A DNA stretch of 64,000 nucleotides from Octopus sinensis (taxonomy: Eukaryota): NCBI RefSeq assembly GCF_006345805.1, contig NC_043002.1, positions 31,186,001 to 31,250,000 on the forward strand, written 5' to 3'. This document shows positions 53,335-64,000 of this stretch, piece after piece (the first letter of the stretch is position 1; each line of letters starts with the position of its first letter). The notes beneath the pieces were generated by a model. The model searched no databases, had not been told where the DNA came from, and saw only the letters and a program-made list of their open reading frames with translations. The position numbers were made by a program, and so were the translations under genes.

Positions 53335-53515
53335 TTGGCACAACACAAGCAATTTGGTGGAGGGTCTAATTCGATTGCATCGACCCCAGTGTTCAACTTG
53401 TATTTATTTCATCGACCCCAAAGTATTAAAAGCAATTTCGACCCCAGCGAAATTTGGACTCAGAACATTAGGAAAGAAGAAATGTGGCTAAGCATTTTCC
53501 CGATAGGTTAACGGT
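53335..53515 (-). mobile_element. SINE family B, diverged
   Basis: ATCGACCCC...AAATTTGGACTCAGAAC core. Confidence 0.7.
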
Positions 53516-53654
53516 TCTTAAATATATATAATTATTCTAGTTTGATATACAGTCAAACAATCAAATAATTAAATGTTGTTATATCACGTAAATATGTTTA
53601 TTCTTCACTATAGGTGACTCTTTTAATTGTTTATTTAAGAGACGAGAAATTATG

Positions 53655-53795
53655 TACGTTATTTACATTTGATGGATATTTCTCCTAATCTTGTTTGTTG
53701 TTAACACAACATTTCGGATGATATACTCTCCAGCCTTCATCATGTGTCTTGGGGAAATTTCAAAGCTGAGTTCTTATTCCTAAGGTATTTTTGAT
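53655..53795 (-). mobile_element. Tail of the second SINE-E copy with hammerhead motif (53704-53748)
   Basis: GACAC-ATGATGA-A-GGCTG-loop-CATCC-GAAATGT-T-GTGTT; homologous to 6091-6245. Confidence 0.85.
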
Positions 53796-53815
53796 ATTAT
53801 TATTATTATTATTAA

Positions 53816-53848
<33 letters not shown>

Positions 53849-53873
53849 CATTATTATTATTATTATTATTATT

Positions 53874-55916
53874 CTATGTTTGACTTTTGCTTTATATTTG
53901 TACAAGTTGACACCAAGTCTCACCCAGAGACCTCAAGAGACAACAGGGTTGGAAGTTCATGTTGTTGCTATGCCTAGTGTGCCATATATTTGGGGGGTGG
54001 GGGTGTTGTACTAATGAATGTCTAAAAAAAGTTTTTTTTTTCTTTTTTTTTTTTAACCGAAAATTATGTTTGTTTTAAACCCTGAGATTACATAGAAAGT
54101 ATTTTGCGTAGGATATGAGCAGTTCCCATGAGCACTATCTTTTGAATTTCTGCCATTTTTGGGTTTCCTGGTATCTGAATTAGATAGCAATCAGCTCCTT
54201 TTGCTATCATTCCCAGGGCACCTATGACAACAGGTATTGTTTTAGTCTTCAGGTTCCACATTTTGCTGATTTCTATTTCAAGATCTTTATATTTGCTCAG
54301 TTTTTGGTAGGTCTTGACAGATACGTTTATATCGATTGGGACAGTCATATCAATGAGGAGGCATGTTCTTTGTTTGAAGATTTTCAATATGATGTCTGGC
54401 CTATTTGCATCTATCTTTCTGGCAGTTTGAATGGTGAAGTTCCAGAGGAGTGAGATGTGGTCATTTTCAAGCACTGGGGGTGGTTTGTGTTCCCACCAGT
54501 TTTTTTCATGGGGCAAATCCAGGTTTTTACAGATTACCCAGTGAATATATTGTGCAGCTCTATCGTGCCTGTTGAGATACTCTGTAGGCGCTAGAAGACT
54601 GCACTTGGAGACCACATGGTCAATGGTTTCATTTTGTTGCTTGCATACACGACACGTTGGACTGCTTCTGATCTTTAATATGTTGGCCTGGTAGTTTCTT
54701 GTTGGTAGGCATTGATCTTGAGCTGCTATGATAAACCCCTCTGTTTCAGATTTTAAGCCATAGGCCATTAGCCATTGATGGGTCAGGGCTTTGTCAACAT
54801 CTGCATTATTTGCTCTCTTTGGGTATTTGCCATAGAGAGGTTTTTCTTGCCATTTATCATTCAGAATATCTAAGGTCGCAGATTTAGCACGGGTTTTCAT
54901 ACGCTTAGCTTTTTCTGTGCCTGTTTCTTGTATGTCTATCTCTAATTCCGAAATTTGTTGTATTCGGAATTCACTTAGATATTCCTCTGCCTGTTTTGTT
55001 ACTGAGTATGATGCTTTCTTGCTTTCATGTTTTGAGACAAGTTTTAACATCCAGTCCTCAGAGTCTTTCAGGTAGGTGTCTAGGCCAATTGTAGCAATCT
55101 TCATTGTTATTGCCAGTTGCAAAAGACCACGGCCTCCCTCTTTTCTTGGCAGATAGAGTCGTTCTGTATCTGCCTTAGGGTGGTGCATTCTATGCATTGT
55201 CAACAGTTTTCGTATTTTTCTGTCAAGATTACATATTTCAGTAATTGACCAGTTAACGATATTGAAACTGTAAGTCACGACTGGTATGGCTAATGCATTG
55301 ATCGCTTCGATCCTGTTTCTCGCATTCAGCTCTGTCTTGAGTATTGCTCTTACTCTGCGATAGCATTCTCTCCTGATCCTTTCCTTCATCTCTGAATACC
55401 TTATTCCTTCTCCTTCAATTACCCCTAGATACTTGTAGTTCTCTGCTGGGTCTAATTCGTTTATGACATACTGCTGGTCAAGGTTAACGTTAGATGTTTC
55501 TGTCATTTTTCCTTTGATAAAGGTAGCTTTTGCGCACTTATCGAGGCCAAATTGCATTCTGATGTCATCACTGAATTGTTTGACAATCGCTAGTAAGCCC
55601 TTGAGTTGTTGATCATTTTTTGCAAAGAGCTTTAAATCATCCATGTAAATGAGATGATTTATATTTTTATCAAACATTTTATATCCGTACTGCGCGTCAT
55701 TGAGCAGTTTTGAGAGAGGTATTAAGGCTAAACAGAAGAGGAGCGGTGATAGTGAGTCACCCTGGAAAATGCCACATGAAATTTTTACATCACCAGCATT
55801 TAGAGATTCATTGTCACTGTTCAAAGTTAGTGTGGTTCTCCATGATCTCATACTTACAGACAAAAAGTTTCGCAGAGCAGGTGCTATTTTATACATTTCT
55901 AGGCATTTATTAATCC
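53874..55916 (-). mobile_element. Young 5'-truncated Dong/R4 RLE retrotransposon
   Basis: Uninterrupted ORF from within the RT to the stop codon, plus 3' UTR; (TAA)n on both sides. Confidence 0.95.
54088..55916 (-). CDS. RT (partial)-CCHC-restriction-like endonuclease polyprotein fragment
   Basis: GIFQGDSLSPLLF, HLIYMDDLKL, CRVC...HVVSKC, RHD, NRPDI...LIDMTVP and KLSKYKDL motifs, with no internal stops over about 609 codons. Confidence 0.9.
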
Positions 55917-55981
<65 letters not shown>

Positions 55982-56557
55982 GAGTGAGAGAGCAGTGCAT
56001 GCAATCAAATTAACACAGGGGTAAAATATACGAAGCCCAGTATACCCATAATGACTACCCGTCTGATAAGGGTACACCAGGCACATGCATCACAACCATA
56101 TGTGCGCGACATGGTGATCTCATATCAAGATAAACAGTACATGACCTTGCAGGTGGGGACCAGTTGAAGTTTTCCTCTGGTATGGTAATCGCTCCCGCTC
56201 AAAAGGTCCCTGAATTAGCGTTGTTTAAGGATGTTGAACGAAACACCTGTGTTTCCAGAGGTGATTTATTCAAACCCCAAAGAATCTCTATCAACACATG
56301 GCTATGATGCTCCCCCACTGCTTGTGATCACAGATGCACATATCGTCGGCCACTAAGGGACATGCTCAACTGATTATGGTCAAACAACTGACAAGCAAAT
56401 CTGTGGTATTGAGCAGAATATTTGCTGTAGCCCATCTTTTATACCAAGGCAAAACACCCATCTTTTATACCAAGACAAAACAATGTATATGATAACACTT
56501 CCAATCAGTTAAGATCAGAAGCCACGAGAACCACTGCATGGTACTGGATCAGGGCAT
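55982..56557 (-). mobile_element. Unclassified element X, copy 2
   Basis: Starts ATGCCCTGATCC after (AAT)n and ends CTCTCTCACTC-(AAT)n; has an internal 26-bp tandem duplication near 56430-56482. Confidence 0.8.
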
Positions 56558-56558
56558 A

Positions 56559-56589
<31 letters not shown>

Positions 56590-56610
56590 TATTATTATTT
56601 CATTATTATT

Positions 56611-56690
56611 CAGGCCACTGCTTGGAATCGAACTCGGAATTTTGAGGTGGGTGGGCTGGGCTCTTAACCACTATGCTATATGCCCGTGGG
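56611..56690 (-). mobile_element. tRNA-like head of the second SINE-E copy
   Basis: CCCACGGGCATATAGCATAGTGGTTAAGAG...TTCCGAGTTCGATTCCAAGCAGTGGCCTGAATAAT matches 5881-5965. Confidence 0.85.
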
Positions 56691-56917
56691 CATATGACTC
56701 TTTTCATATAAATGTATATTTTTATACGGTTATGAAAAATGTATAAATATATAGCATGGTCATCACGCACGTACACACGCATACACACACACACAAACAC
56801 ATGATTGCAACAGTTACAAGATCTAAGAAATCGGCAGATATAACTCTGTAACTTTTAGATTTCGGAATGTCTTTTGTAATATAAACGAAAAATTATCTGC
56901 AAGTCTATGTTTGTATG

Positions 56918-56951
<34 letters not shown>

Positions 56952-57114
56952 TGTATGTATGTATGTATGTATGCATGTATGTATGCATGCACATACATAC
57001 ACACATATATATTTATGTTCTTATATCCTCTTACTTGGCTCAGTGATTTGACTGCGGCCATGCTAGAGCACCAACTTATATACGTATATGTGTGTGTATG
57101 ATATACATATGTAA

Positions 57115-57198
<84 letters not shown>

Positions 57199-58656
57199 AT
57201 AAATATTTATATATATGTATAACGTTTGAATATCTACATATATATTCATATAGATGTATAAAATCTATGTATATGTGCGTGTATGTATACATGCATATAT
57301 ACATATACGCACAAACACACACACATATATTTGTCTGTGTGTATGTGTATTTATGAATGTCTGTATGTATGTATTTACACATGTATGTATATCCCGAGCA
57401 GAAATATAGATAAACAGCGATGAAGGAAAATTAAACACTGGAGTATTTGTTAAACTTTATATTTTTATATCTTAGTGTTAATTTTTTTTTTATTAGCACA
57501 AAATGAACGGAAAGTGAAATCAAATTGCTGGAATGAGAGTGAAGAGAACATTCTGTGTCAGCACGGAATATGAAGCGTTTTGCGAGACGGTTGAGGTAAT
57601 ATGGAAGCTTGGGGAGGTGAGGTGTAACAATAATTAGCAAAAAAAAAAAAAAAAGACTATGCGAGCGATAGAGGAAATAAACAAGACACCTATTTAACAA
57701 TAAAAAATGTAAACCGAAATAAAAAGAAACGTACGAGAATTTTAACGATACCGGCGACAATAGAAATAAAGAAAAGTTCGTTTAGAAAACAATAATATTG
57801 AAGAAAAAAATAATGAAAAAAAAAACCGTAAATATCAATAAAAGTAATGTTATACAACTACTAAAAAAAACCCATAGGCATAAATATAAATGGAATCGAT
57901 GGCTATCTGATTAATTCGAAACATGGACGGCGGATTCAATAGAAACGACGGGTGTGTGGGTGAGGTAGGGATAGATTTTAGAAGAATAAAAGATCTGTTT
58001 GTATGTGGAATAGATAAATTATATGAGCTCTTCGTTTCTTTGCTGCTGCTGATGATGCTGCTGATGATGATGTTGTTGTAGTTTGTTGCTATAGATGTTT
58101 CATTCGTCTTTTTTCTTTTGTTTTTTTTCGTGTCTATTTTGTTGTTGTTGTTTTTGATATTATTGTCGGAGAAGCTTCAGACGAAGATGTTCCCGTTGAT
58201 GTTGTTGTTGTTACTGTTGTTCTCGATAAGATGCTTGTCGATAATATTGTTGTTTACATTCAGTCTTTCTCATTGATAATTTGTTTGTTTTTTGTTTTGT
58301 TTTATTATTGTTGATATCGATGATAATGATGATCTTGTTGTTGTTGTTGTTGAATGCTGTTGCTGTTTTTCTTGCTTGTGTTGGTGGAAAAGTCGATGTT
58401 GTTGTTGTACATAATGAAGACATTGATCGTTTCGTCTTCGTTGATCACGTCTTACTTATTAGCAATAATGGAAAGTGGTGTGGGAATGAGGGCAGTGGAA
58501 GTAGTGATGTGATGATTGTATTAATGGCGGCTGAGAAGATTAACGAATCGCTAAGGAGACATTCCACATTGTTATTTGTGATAGATAAATGAGCATGTAT
58601 ATGTATATAAATGCGGGATATATATTGTATATATATATATATGTATATAAATGAGG

Positions 58657-58723
<67 letters not shown>

Positions 58724-58789
58724 CTAATATATATATATATATATATGCACACATACCTTCTTACATACACACGTACGTACATACATGAA

Positions 58790-58824
<35 letters not shown>

Positions 58825-60146
58825 GAACAAATTTTAAATGAGGGCTGAATTTCTTAGGAAAGATATATATTCTTTCATCTCGTAAATCGTTACAGTAATA
58901 ATAGAAAGAAAATACTTTGAATATATCTATGTTTGAGTGAGTTTATAGAAAAAGCAAGGAATATTCTACGGAATGGAAAACCAGAGTTATAATATATATT
59001 CTTTATGAAAAAATATTATGAAAAGAAGCTATTAATGATTTTAAATACTATTAAAAGTTATAATAGCTTATACACATACTGACTTGCTTACCTACACTTG
59101 TACTTGAGCCGGTGAACAATGAGTTCACCAAGTTTGTTACGAATGGTAACCACCACCCAATGTTGGGCTGTAGAGTTCATCTTTGGAGTTTCAGTGGGAT
59201 ACAAGTTCACATAATGACCCCGGTCATTGGCATACATACTATTGTATAATGCGATCCGTAGAGGCTCATCTTAACGTCGAGTGTCGACCGTGGCGGAGGA
59301 GTCGCTGTCGAAGTCACCCAGACTTTAACAAGAGCTAAGAGTTGTCTCACTTTCCTTGGTCTTCCAGCACGCCAGACACCAACCCGAAATTCCTGACAGT
59401 TTGTGCCACTGCTAGATTGCACCTGCACTAGATACATCCGTCCTTTTCACAGGTCTTGTTCACAGTCCTTCCATAGTTTTAGCAACCGTCCTCACCAGGC
59501 AAGCTTAGTGGGGCTGTCCGTTTAGTTGCCTATGCCAAGACAAAGCAGCAACTTGTGCTGAATTCCAAATTACATATAGCACTTATGAAAGACATCACAA
59601 GTGACATGATGTGGGAAACTAATAATGTAAAAAAAAGTTATAAATAATATAAGTACTATTTTATCACACACCAATATTGGTATGTTTCATTGTTTCAGTC
59701 ATTAGACTGCGTACATAATGGAACATGGTTAGATATTTTGAAGACTAAATTATATGATATTTCATAATTCCAGCACGCAATCAAATACCGTATTTTCTAC
59801 CTTAATTTCTTCATTATATCACTTCAGCTTGTGTCACTCAGCTAAAAATTTCTTGTTATTAGAAATTTTCTAGAGATGAGATTTGTTCCAGAGGAATGGT
59901 GCAAAGTTCAATGCATGAAGGCTTAATATTTGTATTTCTAGTAATTGATAAAATGCATGTGAATAATTTGTTTGTAATATTTTTCAAAGGATATTCAAGA
60001 CACTTGAATAGTTGTTGACTATATATAAAATAGTCCTATTACAAATGGTATATAATTCATAATGTATAATAAATGCTATTTGATTTTGTATCTTGTTTGC
60101 AAGATTCTTTGTGTGAATTCGTGTATTAAAGCAAATTGTGTTAACG

Positions 60147-60297
60147 AACGGATTCTTTCAGTTTCCGTCTACCAAATCCATTCACAAAACATCGGTCGAG
60201 GCCGGTGCTAAAACAGAAGATATTTGACATGGTGTGAGACTGAACTCAAAACATGCAGTTGGGAAGCATGCTTCTTACCGCACAGGTATGCCTGCGC
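60147..60297 (-). mobile_element. SINE family A, 5' half, diverged
   Basis: GGATTCTTTCAGTTTCCGTCTACCAAATCCA block. Confidence 0.75.
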
Positions 60298-60877
60298 ATA
60301 TATATATATATATATATAATAAATTAATACATAAATAAAATATAAGCATATATACATACATATATGTACGTACCTACCTCTACATGTATATATACATGCA
60401 TATATGGGTACAGGACACCAAAAAAACGTCGAACACAATGAGAAACGAAAACATAAACACAAAACCAAGGAAATTGACATTTTTTTAAAACAAAGAAAAA
60501 ATAGAGTACAGGACATACAAAACAAGGAAAATTCCCCTTCTTCAGTCGCCTTAATTTCATCTACACCACGTTCGAAGGTCATGTACATATATATAAGGAT
60601 AATATCGATATGTAAATATCGATCTTATCAAGCATAGGAATAAATATCATACAAAGGTAATAATTATTTAAAACTATAAATTAGGTTATCTGAGATATAC
60701 CACTATGCTGAAATAGCAGTCAAAACCCTGACCCAAAAACCACCTTAAATGTTCATATCGTGCCAGGAGAGAAGACAGAGAGACAAAATAAACTAACGAA
60801 AAAGATTTTTCTCTGGTATATTCGACTGAAGAAGCCACAAATCCCTGATTTTGAATTATTCAGTATTAGTAGTAGTA

Positions 60878-60913
<36 letters not shown>

Positions 60914-60967
60914 AGGGAATAGGGTGATGGTGGTAAAGGAAAAGTTGGAAGAGGAAAGAAGAGAAGA

Positions 60968-61028
60968 AATAGATAGATAGATAGATAGATAGATAGGTAG
61001 ATAGATAGATAGATAGATAGATAGATAT

Positions 61029-61108
<80 letters not shown>
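60968..61108. repeat. (TAGA)n tetranucleotide array (another at 63384-63628)
   Basis: Direct reading. Confidence 0.97.
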
Positions 61109-61109
<1 letters not shown>

Positions 61110-61410
61110 GAAAGAGAGTGAGAAAGGGAGAAGATTATGAAATAAATGGTTATAATATGGTTGATACAAGAGACGAAATCAATAACGCTAACATAGTTAC
61201 CGTACTATTTGGGCAAAAATGATTTTTTGTAAATCTAGGCCAATGACTACTAGTAGTAGTAGTTTTAGAAACCTCTTGAATATCAGGAAAAACCGTATTA
61301 GCCAAGTAAAATGAAATCGATCTAAATTGAAGTATGTATATATACAGAGAGAGAGAGAGAGAGAGAAAGACAGACATACGTATATGTGTATGTATATATA
61401 TGCATGTATG

Positions 61411-61458
<48 letters not shown>

Positions 61459-61649
61459 TCTATATGCATGAGCGTACTCAAATAAGCGAAAGCATTCACC
61501 GTGTGAGAAGCCTATTGTAGTTCAGGCTTTCGTGACTAGATGTCACTTGGTACAACCCTCAGATATTAGTCTTCCAACCGGTATTGTCGGTGGTTTGTAC
61601 TGCCACGTTTTGCGCGTTTGTTTAGCAGTGGATCTGCTCTGTCCGTCCA

Positions 61650-62110
61650 TTTTTGCGTTGGCTGAAACGAAGGAAATGCGTGCTTCTGTGAAATTTGTGG
61701 GGAAAACGGCGGCGGAAACAATTGCCATACGTCAAACAGCTTACAAGGCCGCTACCATGAGTAAAGCACAAGTTTACGAGAGATTTCCATGCTTTAGAAA
61801 TGGTCATTGGTTGCTTGAGGCCCTACGTCGTTCAGATCGACCGTCGATCTCTCGAATGAATGAATGCATCTTGAAAATTCATGAACTGATCTTGGAAGAA
61901 CGTCACCGAAACTTTGACGAACTTGATATGAATACTGGATCTCCTACCAATAAATTTTGAGCGAGGGATTGCGAATAAAAATTGGTACAGCAATATTTGT
62001 GTCTCGCTTGCTCACAAAATATCAATAGCAGAAACGACTACAGGCGTGTCGTGAACGGAAAGAAGTTGGAAGTTGATCCAGTCCCTGTTTTGAAGGTCAT
62101 GACTGTTGAT
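61650..62110 (+). pseudogene. Mariner transposase remnant (N-terminal HTH to first catalytic Asp region)
   Basis: EMRASVKF..GKTAAET....AY....MSKAQVYE.F..FRNG...LE...RSDRPS, followed by a degenerate FVSRLLT...KVMTVDD. Confidence 0.8.
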
Positions 62111-62877
62111 GATCACACGCTACACACCTTCTTTGAAGCACTGCTGTAAACAGTGGAAGTGACCTAGAACGTTTTAAAGTTAGTGGCCATGCACTTTAGA
62201 GTTCGAGGTCACTCTGTGCCAAGCGGTTTTATTCTGCGTGCTTTAGCTTCGTTACTATAGCAGCAGGTCGGATTCTTATTGATCAGCATCGTTGATGCTC
62301 TTGTCGTACTTAGTAAAATCAATAAAAATAGTACTACCAGCACTGTGAGGAATGGAAAATGCAACGTTTAGGACTTGCTCCTTCTTCAATGAAAAATTTA
62401 CAGGATGGAAATTAATGAGAAACATCAGAGAGTTACATATTTTAAGTTAAAAACACGCTGACATCACGTATTTACCAGCAAAATCTACATTTGAGGCTGC
62501 ACACTATAATACAATCTATAATCAGCTATTTTACGAACATTTATGCTACTCCCTATGAAATAGGGGAACAATGTGGTATACTGATAGTAGTTAGTTGTTT
62601 GCTGTCGTGTACCTATTATTATATAACTTTAAATGATGAAACTGCAGCTAAACAATTCTAATATGAGACAACTGGTGGTAGTATTGGCGTTGGCAGCAGT
62701 AATATTTATATGGAAATCGGTATGTCAATTATGTGATATGTGTAAGTGTATGTATATTTGTATGGAGATGTCTCTAAATATGTATATATGCAATACACAC
62801 ACGCGCGCACGCAATAACACACATACAGACACAATCACACCTTTTGTTTCATTTATTAGTAATCTATTTATCTATCT

Positions 62878-62913
<36 letters not shown>

Positions 62914-63383
62914 TATATATATTGTATATATATATATATATATTATATATATTATATATATATAATATATATAATGAATCCATAACACATATAAAACATC
63001 AAAGCGTATATTGTTTGCCTCTCTGAAGATATTATGCACAGGTCATATGAATATAAATTTAATATTTACTTAATATTTACTGCGCATTAATTGAAACAGC
63101 TGTAAGTGAAGATGATTAATTTGCTGTTTATAATAAGCAATTACTGACTTCCCAAACTCCATTTACTTTTTTTCTTATATATATGTATAACATGTGATCG
63201 TCCATACTATTGGATGTTATTATGTATCTCTGGTAACGATGCACTTGACATTGTTTTAGCTTTCGAAAGATGCCACCCCCGTAGGTTCGGCGAGTAGGCC
63301 AGCATTTCTTCTAATAGGGAGATTAGTCCGTCACAGGATTGCCTATTTGTAACTGAGTGGATTGGAGTAACATCAAATAAAGC

Positions 63384-63433
<50 letters not shown>

Positions 63434-63544
63434 AAGATAGATAGATAGACAGGTAGATAGATAGATAAATAGATAGATAGACAGACGGACAGACAAACGG
63501 ACAGATAGACAAACAGATAGATAGACAGACAGAGTGAGATATAA

Positions 63545-63629
<85 letters not shown>

Positions 63630-63954
63630 AAATTGATGCGTAGATATTGTAGTTTCATGGAATTCAGTAACTGCTTTGTCGAGTGTTTGTGCTGTAGAAT
63701 GGGTGGCTGAAATAATGTCTCTTACTTCGCATGGATGACTGATTGGATGTTCGCTGAGAAGATTCGTCGGTATCTAATTTCGGCCGTTTTGAAGAATATG
63801 GTTTAGAACAGCTGTAGATTGTTCTATGACTATTAACGTGAAATATCATGTTTACATAAATGTGATCAAACTGTTTGAAATGGCGTATGGAATCAGTATG
63901 GACATCTGACAATTGTCCAGACAAGGGTAAAATTAAATTCCCTTTACACACACG

Positions 63955-64000
<46 letters not shown>

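Noticed and set aside
57915-57970. AAACATGG start with MDGGFNRNDG...GTAGGG as a first exon
   Set aside because: No recognisable protein and no downstream exons were identified.

Overview
AT-rich eukaryotic intronic or intergenic DNA, very dense in microsatellites ((TA)n, (CA)n, (TAGA)n, (AAT)n, (CAT)n). The repeat families and microsatellite profile look like an octopod cephalopod genome (inference). No host protein-coding gene could be supported, and nearly all ORFs in the supplied track are microsatellite translations. Transposon content: several tRNA-derived SINE families (called A-E here), Dong/R4-type RLE retrotransposons stacked in (TAA)n arrays, a CR1-like LINE, RTE and Tx1 remnants, Penelope-like (PLE) remnants, a non-autonomous Helitron, a mariner MITE and a mariner transposase relic. 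Main highlights: (1) SINE-E has the architecture tRNA head-(AAT)n-hammerhead-ribozyme tail; one copy is intact (5881-6245) and a second is split by a Dong retrotransposon and an unclassified ~570-bp element inserted into its internal (AAT)n (53655-56690). (2) A 1.95-kb GC-rich ORF1-only (CCHC gag-like, Tx1/HAL1-like) retroelement with a target-site duplication sits inside a SINE head, which itself directly follows an exact U6 snRNA 3' fragment (31087-33505). (3) Six hammerhead-like motifs occur in three unrelated element types. (4) The CR1-like LINE and SINE-A share a 3' tail with a compensatory hairpin.
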